Positions 39,384 to 50,660 of a DNA stretch of 64,000 nucleotides are shown piece after piece; the stretch's first letter is position 1; each line of letters starts with the position of its first letter. This DNA comes from Clostridia bacterium (GTDB lineage: Bacteria > Bacillota > Clostridia > UBA1212 > DUPL01). The stretch is taken from positions 1 through 64,000 of the forward strand of contig JBMNIW010000011.1 of assembly GCA_050951325.1 (NCBI GenBank), read 5' to 3'. The position numbers and the translations under genes were made by a program. A model generated the notes under the pieces. It was not told the origin of the DNA. It saw nothing but the letters and a program-made list of their open reading frames with translations, and ran no database searches.

Positions 39384-39827
39384 TTACTTATGGTACGGTT
39401 CGTTGTTATTGATCTTCATCGCCCTGTATATCTGCTCAAGAATGATAAACCTTGCCATCTGGTGGGTAAATGTCATTTTTGACAGGCAAAGAAGCATATC
39501 GGCCTGCTTTCGCACTTCATCCGATATTCCTTCAGATCCACCAATAACGAATGAAAAACGAGAGTAGCCGTTAATTTGTGCTTTTTCAAACACTTGAGCA
39601 AACTCCACTGAATCTATCTCTTTACCGTATAGATCAAGGACGATAACATAAGAACCCTTTGGTATTCTGTTTAAAAGATTTTCTCCTTCTTTTTCAACAG
39701 AAGTCTCCTCATTGACCTCGACAATCTCAACTTTACCGTATCTTCCAAGCCTTTTTACATAATCATTTATTGCCTGGGTCATGTACTTTTCCTTAATTTT
39801 GCCTACCGCTACTATGCTTATTGTCAT
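39384..39827 (-). CDS. rlmH: 23S rRNA (pseudouridine1915-N3)-methyltransferase
   Basis: VGKIKEKY, FVIGGSEG, LSKMTFTH, EQIYRA..NEPYHK. Confidence 0.97.
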   Translation of the reverse strand: MTISIVAVGKIKEKYMTQAINDYVKRLGRYGKVEIVEVNEETSVEKEGENLLNRIPKGSYVIVLDLYGKEIDSVEFAQVFEKAQINGYSRFSFVIGGSEGISDEVRKQADMLLCLSKMTFTHQMARFIILEQIYRAMKINNNEPYHK

Positions 39828-41500
39828 TTTCCCATCCTTTGAAATATATTTTTATCTCTGTACCTTTTCGTGGTTCACTCTCAAACTCAATTGTTGCATC
39901 AAGTCTCTTTGCTGCATGCTTTACAATCGCAAGACCAAGACCTGTCCCACCTGTTTCCTTGGACCTGCTCTTGTCCACTCTGAAAAACCTTTCAAAAATC
40001 CTTGAGTGATACTCTTTAGGAATCCCTATGCCTGTATCCTTGACTGAAAGAACATTGTCTTTAAACGTAATTATTACCATCCCGTTCTCCACATTGTATC
40101 TTATTGCGTTGTCACACAAGTTGTATACAATAACTTCCGCAAGATCCCTCTTACCCTGAATCAATGCTGGCTTTGGAATAATTGTTTCGATTGTCACGTT
40201 CTTGCTTTCTGCCTGGAGCTTTAAATTATCAACACATTCCCTTATCACATCTTCCAAATCCACCTTGTCAAACTGCTTCTCCTCTTTCAGTTCCTCCAGC
40301 TCCGATATTTTAAGTATATCGCCAATTAAAGTCAACAATCTTAAAGCTTCCTGATTAATCTTGCTTGCAAAACGCCTTGCATCCTCTCCTGCAGCCATCC
40401 CGCTTTCAATAAGTTCGCTGTACCCGGTTATACTGGTAAGAGGAGTTTTAAGTTCATGTGAGACATTTGCAGTAAACTCTCTTCTGATAGTTTCTGTTTC
40501 CTTCTTCTCAGTTATGTCAAGTATAAGAAGGATTGCACCAATTCTTACACCTTCATTGTCAACAGGGCTTCCAATAACCTGAAACCATTTGCCTTTGGAA
40601 TAAATATCTTTTGACACCTTGTGTCCGCTTATTGCATCCTTTGCAATACTTGAAAGGGTTTCATTTCTTGAAAAGAACAATATGTCCTCTGCCTATACAG
40701 CAATTCGTATTGCCATCCAGCATTTTAACCGCACTGTCATTCACGGTTACAACACGCATCTTCTCATCAAGAAGAATCATGCCTTCTGACATGTTCTCCA
40801 TCACCGCTTCAATTTTATTCTTCTCAAACTGCAGTTTTGCAATCTCATTAGCTATGCGTTCATTTCGTTCCTTGATCGCCTTTACAAACGGCAACAGCTC
40901 CTCATACGGAGAATCAATATGTTCCACGTCATCTTCCTCCAGTTTGTTAGATATATCATTTATCGGCTTTATAACCTGCCTTGTCATGACTTTTGCATAG
41001 GACAAGCATATAAAGAAGATGACAATAGATATCAATAGCAAAACAGGCAGCGAGCCTACAAAAACAGCCACTGCACTTCTAGCATTTACCGAATACCGTA
41101 TAACATTCCCATCATCTAATTTGACCGCACAGTAATATGCATTTGTTCCCATGGTTCTGGATGTATGTACGGACTGACCGATACCTTTTTCCAAAGCCAT
41201 TTTGACCTCCGGTCTGTTTTTATGATTCTCCATGGCATTTACATCTGCCTGGTTGTCATACAAAACAATACCGTCAGCAGAAATCAAGGTCACTCTGCCG
41301 TCAATATCAAGCAAATCAACATTGCTTTTTACATCCTCGGTTTGATTGTACAAACTGGATAGCAAAACAGCAGTTGTACGCACATCCTCTTTCATCTGTT
41401 TTTTAAACATGCCGTAGTAGACAAGCATGGTACACAAGTTTGTGAATATAATTGAAAGGACACCGATCAAAAGAAGCCTGGTATATATTTTTCTTTTCAT
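39793..41500 (-). pseudogene. phoR: PhoR-like sensor histidine kinase, frameshifted near 40685
   Basis: 5' ORF (TMs, sensor, start of PAS) and 3' ORF (NVSHELKTPL, NAIRY, DTGIG, GTGLGL) are in different frames; context phoB-phoU-pst. Confidence 0.85.
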
Positions 41501-41501
41501 G

Positions 41502-42173
41502 TCATTCTCCCAGTTTGTATCCTACATTCCTGACAGTCTTTATCAAACTTGCACACTCTCCCAGCTTCTGCCTGAGGCTTTTGATGTGCATGTCCACGGT
41601 TCTGCTTCCTCCGGCAAAATCATACCCCCATACATTTTCAAGAAGTTTGTCTCTTGATACAACAATCCCATGATTCATTATCAGGTATTTGAGAAGTTCA
41701 TACTCCTTGTAGGTAAGTTCCACCAATTCACCCCTTACTCTCACTACTCGGGCAGCATCATCAATCTCAATGTCATCATATTTTAACGCGCTGTCCTCTA
41801 CGCCAGATCCCCCAGCCCGCCTTAAAAGAGCCTTTACGCGCGACACCATTTCCAGAACAGAAAAGGGTTTGGTCAAGTAATCGTCCGCCCCCATGTCAAG
41901 ACCCCTTACCTTGTCCATCTCGAAACCTTTTGCGGTTATGAGAATGACAGGCACATCCTTGGTAGCCACATTCTGTCTAATCTCTTTTAGTATTGAAAGT
42001 CCATCATTCTCAGGAAGCATTATATCCAAAATCACAAGACCAGGTACCTTTTCTCTGCATGCTTTCAAGAAGGATTCTCCGTCTTCAAACTCCTGCACTT
42101 CAAAACCGTTGCTTCTTAAAGTATAACTCTCAAGTTCCCTAATGTTTTCATCATCCTCGACAATGTATATCAT
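41502..42173 (-). CDS. phoB: PhoB/PhoP response regulator
   Basis: Receiver domain (VEDD, LDIMLP, TAK, KPF) plus OmpR winged helix; pst context. Confidence 0.9.
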   Translation of the reverse strand: MIYIVEDDENIRELESYTLRSNGFEVQEFEDGESFLKACREKVPGLVILDIMLPENDGLSILKEIRQNVATKDVPVILITAKGFEMDKVRGLDMGADDYLTKPFSVLEMVSRVKALLRRAGGSGVEDSALKYDDIEIDDAARVVRVRGELVELTYKEYELLKYLIMNHGIVVSRDKLLENVWGYDFAGGSRTVDMHIKSLRQKLGECASLIKTVRNVGYKLGE

Positions 42174-42187
42174 TTAATACCTCCAGA

Positions 42188-42835
42188 TTATACATGTATA
42201 CCTTTTATTGCGAATATGACCCATTCTGCAATATTTGTGGCATGGTCGCCTATCCTTTCAAAATACTTGGCAATCATAAGAAGGTTTACCGACTGCTCAC
42301 TGTTGCTTATATCTTCCCTAATCAGTTCAACTACTTCCTTCTTTACCACATTGAACAAATCATCCACCACATCATCAAAATCCACCACACTCTTTGCCAA
42401 ATCGTAATCCATCTTTACAAATGCATCAATGCTTTCCTTCACCATTTTGGTTGTGGCTTCAGCCATCTGCTGTATATGTTCAAGTTTCTTAATATATGGC
42501 TTGTCAAGCATCATCAGAGTTATCTCGGAAATGTCCGCTGCCTGGTCTCCAATCCTCTCCATATCGGTAATCATCTTCAAAGCTGCGGATATGAGTCTCA
42601 AATCTTTTGCCACTGGCTGCTGCTGAAGAAGTAGCTTGAGACACATATTCTCTATATCCTTCTCCTTCTGATCTACTTCATTATCAAATAAAACCGCAAA
42701 TTTTGCAAGTTCCTCATTCTGTTCCAAAAGAGCTTTAACCGCAATATCAATTGCTTTTTCAATCAATGCTCCCATCTCTACAAGTTCCTTGTTAAGAGCA
42801 TCCAATTGTTCATCAAATCTGCTTCTCAATCTCAT
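42188..42835 (-). CDS. phoU: Phosphate signalling protein PhoU
   Basis: QQPVAKDLR, DMERIGDQA, ERIGDHATNIAEW. Confidence 0.96.
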   Translation of the reverse strand: MRLRSRFDEQLDALNKELVEMGALIEKAIDIAVKALLEQNEELAKFAVLFDNEVDQKEKDIENMCLKLLLQQQPVAKDLRLISAALKMITDMERIGDQAADISEITLMMLDKPYIKKLEHIQQMAEATTKMVKESIDAFVKMDYDLAKSVVDFDDVVDDLFNVVKKEVVELIREDISNSEQSVNLLMIAKYFERIGDHATNIAEWVIFAIKGIHV

Positions 42836-42836
42836 A

Positions 42837-43592
42837 TCATCCAAACCTCCCGGTAATATAGTCTTCCGTGCGCTGATCTTTCGGTACCGAAAACAGATCA
42901 TCCGTCTTTGAATATTCTATTAGTTCACCCAGCAAAAAGAAGGCTGTTTTGTCCGAAATCCTGAGAGCCTGCTGCATATTGTGCGTTACAATGATTATAG
43001 TATATTCTTTTTTCAGCTCCGAAACAAGGTCTTCTATCTTTGTTGTGGAAATTGGATCCAGTGCACTGGTTGGCTCATCCATAAGCAAGACTTCAGGTTT
43101 TACCGCCAAGGCTCTTGCTATGCAAAGCCTCTGCTGCTGCCCACCAGAAAATCCTAGAGCATTCTTTTTCAACCTGTCCTTGACCTCATCCCAAATTGCC
43201 GCAGCTCTCAAAGACTCTTCCACAATTTCATCCAGCCTTGATTTTGAGCGTATTCCGTGGGTTCTTGGCCCATACGCAATATTGTCGTAAACACTCATAG
43301 GGAACGGATTTGGCTTTTGAAACACCAGTCCAACCCTTTTCCTTAAATCATATACATCAATATCCTGGTATATGTTCTCCCCATCGAGTAAAACTTCCCC
43401 CGTAATCTTACAGCCTTCAACGAGATCATTCATACGATTAAGACTTTTTAACAAGGTGGACTTACCACACCCAGAGGGTCCAATGAAAGCTGTAATCTCT
43501 TTTTCTTCTATGTTCATATTAACTTTCTTCAATGCTTGGAAACTTCCGTAAAACAAATCTAGATTATTAATTTCAAATTTATACTTATCCAT
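42837..43592 (-). CDS. pstB: Phosphate ABC transporter ATPase
   Basis: [34 protein letters not shown]. Confidence 0.97.
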   Translation of the reverse strand: MDKYKFEINNLDLFYGSFQALKKVNMNIEEKEITAFIGPSGCGKSTLLKSLNRMNDLVEGCKITGEVLLDGENIYQDIDVYDLRKRVGLVFQKPNPFPMSVYDNIAYGPRTHGIRSKSRLDEIVEESLRAAAIWDEVKDRLKKNALGFSGGQQQRLCIARALAVKPEVLLMDEPTSALDPISTTKIEDLVSELKKEYTIIIVTHNMQQALRISDKTAFFLLGELIEYSKTDDLFSVPKDQRTEDYITGRFG

Positions 43593-44445
43593 TTCTTCTT
43601 CCTTTCGTTAATTTACTTGCCACAAGGCTTGATAGTCCATTAATAACTAACACAAACAGAAGTAACACCACCGCTGTGGCATAGGCTTCGTTGGTGTATA
43701 GTGCTTCACTTGACAAGGCATACATATGGACGGATAACGTTCGACCGGAGGAAGTAAGGCTGTTTGGAATCTTAGCCACGGATCCAGCCGTATAGAGCAA
43801 CGCTGCCGACTCTCCCACAATACGACCAATGGCAAGTATGATACCGGCTAATATACCAGGACTTGCAGCAGGCAGGACCACTCTAAAGACAGTACGTAAA
43901 CGTCCAGCTCCTAACCCAAAACTAGCCTCTCTGTATGTATCAGGAACGCTTAATAAGGCCTCTTCCGTTGTTCTCATAATCAAGGGTAATATCATAATCG
44001 TAAGGGTTAACGCACCAGACAGAATAGAAAACCCAAGACCTAAGGTGGTTACGAAAAACAACATACCAAAAAGGCCATAGACTATGGAAGGAACTCCTGA
44101 CAGGGTTTCTGAAGTCAACCTTATTATAGAAACAATCTTATTCCCCTTCTTAGCGTACTCTGCTAAATAGATGGCAGAGAATATGCCAATAGGGGCTGCT
44201 GCTACAAGGGATAAGGCCACAATTATTAAAGTATTCACTAAAGCTGGCATTAAAGAAACGTTCTCCGTGGTATACGTTAAACTAAACAGGCTAGGTTTTA
44301 TATGAGGTACGCCTTTTATTAAAATATATAAAACAATTAAGAGAATAACTCCTAAGGTTATAATAGCGGCTAAGGTAGTTATCAACTTTATCAATAGCGA
44401 GAAGGGCTTATTCCTATAAGCTTTAACTTTTGATTTAAAGGACAT
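43585..44445 (-). CDS. pstA: Phosphate ABC transporter permease
   Basis: [26 protein letters not shown]. Confidence 0.95.
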   Translation of the reverse strand: MSFKSKVKAYRNKPFSLLIKLITTLAAIITLGVILLIVLYILIKGVPHIKPSLFSLTYTTENVSLMPALVNTLIIVALSLVAAAPIGIFSAIYLAEYAKKGNKIVSIIRLTSETLSGVPSIVYGLFGMLFFVTTLGLGFSILSGALTLTIMILPLIMRTTEEALLSVPDTYREASFGLGAGRLRTVFRVVLPAASPGILAGIILAIGRIVGESAALLYTAGSVAKIPNSLTSSGRTLSVHMYALSSEALYTNEAYATAVVLLLFVLVINGLSSLVASKLTKGRRNG

Positions 44446-45298
44446 TGTTAGACCTCCTTTTGATTACTGAAAACAGTAAGTTAATAAGCAGAATAAACAC
44501 AAATAAAACTACACCTGTAGCAATAAGAGCTTCTCTATGTAGCTCCGCTGCGTATCCCATTTCCATAATTATGTTAGTTGTGAGAGTACGAACCCCTCTA
44601 AATAATCCATTTGGCATCCTTGGCTGGTTACCTGCCACCATCACAACAGCCATGGTCTCACCTATAGATCTACCTATCCCTAGAACAACCCCTGCAAGGA
44701 TACCTGACTTGGCTGCAGGCACCACGGCAGTGTATACACTTCTTTCGTGGGTTGCTCCAAGGGCAATGGCACCTTCATAGTAGCTTTCGGGTACGGCATT
44801 TATGGCAGATTCACTAACTGCAATTATAGTTGGCAATATCATTATGCCTAGCAATATGGACGCAGTAAATATACTAGAACCTTTGCCTCCGAAGACGTTT
44901 CTTACCAAAGGAACTAATACAACTAACCCAAAAAATCCATAAACAACGGAAGGAATGCCTGCAAGAAGATCACAAGATGGCTTTAGTATCTTGTATAGCC
45001 ACTTTGGACAGAACTTAGCTAAGAATATGGCAGTTAATAACCCTAAGGGTACACCGATGATAATTGCACCAGCAGTTACGTAAATACTTCCAAGAATCAT
45101 AGGGAAAATACCATAAGAGGCTGGTGTATCTAGAGGAGACCATTTCTTACCTAGTAAAAAATCAAAAATACCGATCTCTCTAATGGCAGGTATTCCGTTA
45201 GCAAAGAGAAATATACATATTAATAAAACTGCGAATACTGAAGCAAGGGCTGCCACAAAGAACACCCCTTGCATTATTAACTCTTTAAATCTTCTCAT
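44435..45298 (-). CDS. pstC: Phosphate ABC transporter permease
   Basis: LLAGIPSVVYG, GRSIGETMAVVMVAGN. Confidence 0.95.
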   Translation of the reverse strand: MRRFKELIMQGVFFVAALASVFAVLLICIFLFANGIPAIREIGIFDFLLGKKWSPLDTPASYGIFPMILGSIYVTAGAIIIGVPLGLLTAIFLAKFCPKWLYKILKPSCDLLAGIPSVVYGFFGLVVLVPLVRNVFGGKGSSIFTASILLGIMILPTIIAVSESAINAVPESYYEGAIALGATHERSVYTAVVPAAKSGILAGVVLGIGRSIGETMAVVMVAGNQPRMPNGLFRGVRTLTTNIIMEMGYAAELHREALIATGVVLFVFILLINLLFSVIKRRSNNVL

Positions 45299-46140
45299 TT
45301 CACATCATCCCAGGATGTAATATCACCTATAAAGATTTTCTTTACTTGGTCAGATGACAATTCATCAATGGAGTTACCTTTATTCACAATAACGGCAATA
45401 CCATCCATAGCAATTACATATGAATCAAGCTTTTCCTTCTCACTGTCCTTTAGTTCTCTTGACGCCATACCTATATCACAGACGCCTTCCATAACACTAT
45501 TCATGCCTGAGGTGGAGTCCGTAAGCTGTACTTCAATCTCAACCTTGGCATTTAACTTCAAGTACGCTTCCTTAAGCTTCTCCATGACAGGGGTTACCGA
45601 TGAGGAACCGGAAACCACAACCTTTCCATCTGGATTGCTGCTGGTAAAAGGACCTGTATTCTCTTTGCTAATGAATCCTGCGTCCTCCACCACCTTCTGA
45701 CCGTCCTCGGACAGAATGAAATTTATAAAGTCCTGTGCGGCATCACTGAGTTCTCCCTTGGTCGCAATGTTAAAAGGCCTTGCCACTTTGTATGTCCCAT
45801 TCTTGATATTCTCTACAGTTGCCTCCACTCCGTCTATTTTTACAGCCTTCACCGTATCGTTGAGTGAACCTAGTGAGATGTATCCGATGGAGTTTACGTC
45901 TCCTGCAATGTAGCTCATTACCTGCTGGGTACCACTAAGCACCACAGCTTCAACGGTCGTTTTGTCAATCTTGTTTCCGAATGAATTCTTCTCCTCAATT
46001 CCAAAAAGCTCAATAAATGCACCTCTTGTTCCGGAACCGCTTTCCCTTGACACTACATTAATTGCATCTTTTCCCGCACCGCAGGCAGACAGAACAATAA
46101 CGAGTGATATGAAAACCAATAAGATAGTTTTTCTAAACAT
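45295..46140 (-). CDS. pstS: Phosphate-binding lipoprotein
   Basis: Lipobox LSAC, SRESGSGTRGAF, SGSSSV, DIGMASR. Confidence 0.93.
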   Translation of the reverse strand: MFRKTILLVFISLVIVLSACGAGKDAINVVSRESGSGTRGAFIELFGIEEKNSFGNKIDKTTVEAVVLSGTQQVMSYIAGDVNSIGYISLGSLNDTVKAVKIDGVEATVENIKNGTYKVARPFNIATKGELSDAAQDFINFILSEDGQKVVEDAGFISKENTGPFTSSNPDGKVVVSGSSSVTPVMEKLKEAYLKLNAKVEIEVQLTDSTSGMNSVMEGVCDIGMASRELKDSEKEKLDSYVIAMDGIAVIVNKGNSIDELSSDQVKKIFIGDITSWDDVK

Positions 46141-46241
46141 ATTTCCTCCTCCTTTAATAAAAAAATTGTACATGAAACAAGCTTTTTGGCTTATCTCACG
46201 TACAATTATATTTCCCCAAAATATAGGGCAAATATGAGTAT

Positions 46242-46258
46242 TGTAAAAACCGTGTAAA
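46242..46258 (-). promoter_or_regulatory. Pho box
   Basis: TTTACA-N5-TTTACA (11-bp period), matching the Firmicute PhoP TT(A/T/C)ACA repeat, upstream of pstS. Confidence 0.7.
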
Positions 46259-46261
46259 ATA

Positions 46262-47128
46262 CTAAAGGAGAATCACATCGCTTACCTCATCTCTTTTGGC
46301 AACGGACAAATACATATCCCTGCCAATTACACATCCAATGTCATCCAGCATGTTTTTAGACGCATTGTATGCAAGGTGTGGGAAATTGTTTTCCTGACTC
46401 AAATGACCCAAAACCACCTGCTTTGTGCCTTCACAGACACACTCTCTGACAACTGACGCACATGCTTCATTTGACAAATGTCCAACATCACTCAATATCC
46501 TTTTCTTAAGAGACCAAGGATATCTTCCTTTTTTCAGTTTCTCCACATCATGATTTGATTCAATAAACAGTAAATCAGAGCCCTTTAGATTATCCCTGAC
46601 CACATCCGATGCATATCCCATATCGGTTGCTACGGAAATCTTCATATTGTCCATATACAAGGCATAACTTACAGGTTCTTTTGCATCGTGGGAGATGGGC
46701 CAGCAAACAATTCCAATATCCCCTATCTCAAAGGACTTGTAAGATGTGCACTCTTCCACTTCTTCAGACTCTCCCACATATTCCAGCAAGGAGCACTGAT
46801 GTGGCTTTCTAGTCTCTTTCTCAATTATTCTAATATTCTTGTCCTTTACATTTCCTATACACGGCTCCATCTGTTCCCATGTCTTGATGTTTGCATAAAT
46901 AGGGATATCAAATTTACGAGAGAGTATCCCCACTCCTTTAATATGATCCGAATGCTCATGGGTTACCAGTATTCCGTTAATATTGGCAGGATCCTCCCCG
47001 ATACTTTTTAGCGCACTGATTATGGCAACACCGGACAAACCCGCATCTATCAAAATGCGGGTTTTATCAGTACCTACAAAAATACAATTGCCACTGCTGC
47101 CGGAATACAGGCTGGCAAATTTTATCAT
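46262..47128 (-). CDS. YycJ/WalJ-like MBL-fold hydrolase
   Basis: SGSSGN, THEHSDH, SHDA, ESNHD, GHLSN, GHLSQENN. Confidence 0.92.
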   Translation of the reverse strand: MIKFASLYSGSSGNCIFVGTDKTRILIDAGLSGVAIISALKSIGEDPANINGILVTHEHSDHIKGVGILSRKFDIPIYANIKTWEQMEPCIGNVKDKNIRIIEKETRKPHQCSLLEYVGESEEVEECTSYKSFEIGDIGIVCWPISHDAKEPVSYALYMDNMKISVATDMGYASDVVRDNLKGSDLLFIESNHDVEKLKKGRYPWSLKKRILSDVGHLSNEACASVVRECVCEGTKQVVLGHLSQENNFPHLAYNASKNMLDDIGCVIGRDMYLSVAKRDEVSDVILL

Positions 47129-48399
47129 ATCGGGAATTCCTCAGCTTTTACTCTATGAATGTCAGCACCAAGTTGTGCAAGTTTCTTTTCGAAACCGTCG
47201 TAACCTCTGTCTATGTATTTAATATTGTAAACATCGGATCTGCCTTCAGATGCAAGAGCGGCAATAACAAGAGCAGCACCAGCTCTCAAATCGGTGCATT
47301 TGACAAAGGTCCCTTTGTATTTCCTGTTTCCTGTAATGTATGCAGTGCGTCCCTCTACCTTAATCATTGCACCCATTCGTTTAAGTTCATCTACATATTG
47401 GAATCTGTCCCAGATACCTTCTGAAACCACACTGTCTCCGTCTGCAAGAGACAATAGAGCTGTTATCTGAGGCTGCATGTCGGTGGGAAAACCAGGATAA
47501 GGCAGTGTCTTTACATTTGCGCCATTCATCCTGCCTTTGTGAAATACTCTTATGTAATCGTCCCCTTCCTCAATTCCCACATTCATCTCCTGTAGTTTTG
47601 CGGTCAGAGACTCTTGATGTCTTGGAATAATATTTCTCAGTGTAACATCGCCTTTTGTGGCTGCAGCAGCCACCATGAAAGTTCCTGCTTCAATCTGATC
47701 GGGAATAATAGAATAAGTAATACCGCCTTTTATCTCTTTGCATCCCTTGATTCTAATGGTATCAGTACCAGCACCTTTAATATTTGCTCCCATGGCATTC
47801 AAAAAGTTCGCCACGTCAACCACATGGGGCTCTCTTGCACAGTTCTCAATAATTGTATTGCCTTCCGCCCTGCTGGCAGCCAGCATAAGATTGATGGTTG
47901 CACCTACTGTAACGCCGTCAAGATAAATACTCGTTCCTTTAAGTCCCTTTTTAGCGTTGGTCTTTACCATACCGTATTCTTCAACGGTATCCGCACCAAG
48001 TGCATTGAAACCCTTCAAATGAAGGTCAATTGGTCTTGGACCTAAGTTGCATCCTCCGGGGAGGGATACTTCAGCTTTTCCGAAACGACCCAAAAGCGCT
48101 CCTATGAAATAGTAGGAACCCCTTAAAGTACTTATGGATTCGCTTATTGCCTTGTGGCTTTTAACGTTACGGGGATCAATCTTGATAACATTCTTGCTCA
48201 TCCAGGCGCATTTAGCTCCCAATGCAGTTAGCATATCAACAATTATCTTGACATCCAGTATGTCAGGTACGTTTTCAATAATACAGGGATTTTCTGCTAA
48301 AAGTACTGCAGGCAAAATCCCCAATGTAGCATTTTTGCTTCCACTAACAGTTATATCTCCATTTAATGGCTTTCCGCCGTATATTATAAACTTCTCCAA
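47125..48399 (-). CDS. murA: UDP-N-acetylglucosamine 1-carboxyvinyltransferase
   Basis: GSKNA, LPGGCNLGPRPIDLH, YPGFPTDMQ, TDLRAGA. Confidence 0.97.
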   Translation of the reverse strand: MEKFIIYGGKPLNGDITVSGSKNATLGILPAVLLAENPCIIENVPDILDVKIIVDMLTALGAKCAWMSKNVIKIDPRNVKSHKAISESISTLRGSYYFIGALLGRFGKAEVSLPGGCNLGPRPIDLHLKGFNALGADTVEEYGMVKTNAKKGLKGTSIYLDGVTVGATINLMLAASRAEGNTIIENCAREPHVVDVANFLNAMGANIKGAGTDTIRIKGCKEIKGGITYSIIPDQIEAGTFMVAAAATKGDVTLRNIIPRHQESLTAKLQEMNVGIEEGDDYIRVFHKGRMNGANVKTLPYPGFPTDMQPQITALLSLADGDSVVSEGIWDRFQYVDELKRMGAMIKVEGRTAYITGNRKYKGTFVKCTDLRAGAALVIAALASEGRSDVYNIKYIDRGYDGFEKKLAQLGADIHRVKAEEFPI

Positions 48400-48564
48400 A
48401 TTTCACACCTACTCATGATTTCTTACTCTTAACTTCTCTTTTATAACCACATATTGAGTAATCCTACTGCAACGCCTACAGTATATCATACCATAAAGTT
48501 TGTTTCAATGAGAAGTAAAGTATAAATCATAAGTTGATTGAAATTTTACAATTAAATTCTATAA

Positions 48565-49893
48565 CTAATCAAGCTTTTGCCAATACTCACTGGCTTCCCT
48601 TTCAATCTCATCAAGCCAATCCATAAAATGTTTGGTACCATTAAAGTACTGTTCAAGCATAAGGCTCCATGGTGTCTTTATCAAATCCGCCACACCTTCA
48701 GGAACCTTTGCACTTAAGTGGCCCACCGTATCATACTCCGGATAACAAATAAAAGCATCCATGTTCTTTCCTTCCCAGGAAGACTCTCTCTTTCGCCAGA
48801 AATCTGACTTTTCAAAGGTTTTAAAAACAGGCACTCCGCCGCCCTTTTCACCATGAAAAGCCTTCTGCCCTTCTTCAGTATTGAAGAACAGAGCCAAAAC
48901 TGCCGCCGTGTCGGGTCTTTTGGTTCTGCAGTACACACCAGCCCCCGTGATGTAAGTTCCAACCTTTGGAGTTGGTAATAGCGGAAAAGACGCTATATCC
49001 CAATCAACTCCCAGACCATCATACTCCTCTCCATAATCCTTAAGATTTGAATACAGCATCTGATGGAATACATAATCCGATTTTTCAAGACCATCATAGT
49101 CGGAGGTGATTTTTCCAGTAGGATACAAGTAACCTTCATCTGCTGCTTCAAACATTTCAGTGATACCGGAGAGAACATCTTCATCAGACAGGAGACTGAT
49201 CTTCCTGTTAACGGTATCATACCATTTGCCGCCCCAACCTTCCATGAAGGCAATATAAACCAAGTCCCAGTTCAAGTCCAGAAACATGGGAACTTGTGAA
49301 TATGCACCATCTTCATTTATTTTAACAAGTTTTTGTGCGTAATCCTCTCTGAACTCTCTCCATGTCCAGTCATTGGATGGCAAATCAAGTCCTTCCTCAG
49401 AAAGAGCATCCTTGTTTGCCACAAGCGAAAGCCTGGCATAATCGACACTCACCATGTACAATCCTCCGCTATACGTTCCTGCATCGTAAGCTGCTGAATA
49501 AATATTGCTAAAATCAAAACCCAGATGTGAAGCATATAGATCGAGCTTTATCAATGTTCTTGTTTCTACCAAATGGGAAAGCCTATCAGCATTAAACACA
49601 AAAACATCACCAATGTCTCCTGATGCAATCCTTGCATCCAAATCTCCACCAAGGGTATCCAGCGAAACGGATGCCTCAGGGCATGTATTTTCAAATTCCT
49701 TAATAAAAGCATGATATGACAGCATCTCCTTCTGAGTTGTAGCCTTAACTGACAAGGTCACGTTGCCTTCCACGGCAATCTGATACTGATGCGGAGTATG
49801 ATGCGGTATGTTATAGCCTCCACAGGCTGTAAATCCAACAACAACCGCCATCATCATAAACACAACTGCAGCTGTCTTGAAAGCACTTTTCAT
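48565..49893 (-). CDS. ABC sugar-binding lipoprotein (extracellular solute-binding family 1)
   Basis: Lipobox FTAC, GDVF, PSNDWTW. Confidence 0.8.
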   Translation of the reverse strand: MKSAFKTAAVVFMMMAVVVGFTACGGYNIPHHTPHQYQIAVEGNVTLSVKATTQKEMLSYHAFIKEFENTCPEASVSLDTLGGDLDARIASGDIGDVFVFNADRLSHLVETRTLIKLDLYASHLGFDFSNIYSAAYDAGTYSGGLYMVSVDYARLSLVANKDALSEEGLDLPSNDWTWREFREDYAQKLVKINEDGAYSQVPMFLDLNWDLVYIAFMEGWGGKWYDTVNRKISLLSDEDVLSGITEMFEAADEGYLYPTGKITSDYDGLEKSDYVFHQMLYSNLKDYGEEYDGLGVDWDIASFPLLPTPKVGTYITGAGVYCRTKRPDTAAVLALFFNTEEGQKAFHGEKGGGVPVFKTFEKSDFWRKRESSWEGKNMDAFICYPEYDTVGHLSAKVPEGVADLIKTPWSLMLEQYFNGTKHFMDWLDEIEREASEYWQKLD

Positions 49894-49914
49894 AAAAAAC
49901 TCCTTTCAAAATAA

Positions 49915-50168
49915 TTATGAATCCGCCTCGTCAAGAGTCCCCCAAAGCTCATTTGCTTTGCGTTCCATGTCATATAGCGAATCTACAAAGTGTTTGCAAC
50001 CATCAAAGTGCTGTTTTAGCATTTTTTCCCATGATTCTTCGATTATGAATGCCACTTCGGAAGGAATCCTCCCCTTTATTATTCCAATCGTATCGAGTTC
50101 AGGAAAACTTACAAATGCTGTACCAAAACCATAAACACAACAAGTCCTGTTTTTACAGTACGTTTCAT
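49915..50168 (-). pseudogene. Internally deleted paralog of the adjacent solute-binding protein
   Basis: MKRTVKTGLVVFM (cf. MKSAFKTAAVVFM) fused out of frame to AFVSFPELDTIG..KHFVDSLYDMERKANELW (cf. AFICYPEYDTVG..KHFMDWLDEIEREASEYW). Confidence 0.8.
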
Positions 50169-50660
50169 ATGAAAGACTCCCCTCAAGAGTGTTTGTTCGG
50201 TTATTACTACCATCATTTTATACCACTGCCTTGTTTCAGGTCAATGCACAACCCCTGCTTTTTTTAATATTTGACTAAAAATTTACATTATGTAAACCTT
50301 TGTGCAATAAATAAAAAGAGCTAAGCAATTAGACGAAGTTACAGGTATGAGTCTATTATGGATTCCTTATCAAATATAAAGTAAGGTCGTCATTAACCGG
50401 ATCGATTGAACCAGTCCCGTCGTCATATACATTGGTATGCTCTGAATCAGTGTATAATGTAAAATTATCATAATACTTCACACTAAACATTGAATCTTTT
50501 TGAATTTCAAATTTATCAAACAAAGCATTCCCATTTCGCATTTCAATTATTGTAACCGTAACAGTAGTGCCAAATTCATAATCTCTTACGAAACTTGGGA
50601 AGTCATGACCATATGATTAAAGAAGTCATTAACAAGGAAATTTTCCGTACCACTCCACCG

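Noticed and set aside
39360-39410. SCCmec-like cassette integrated at the rlmH 3' end
   Set aside because: No serine recombinase and no duplicated rlmH 3' sequence seen downstream.
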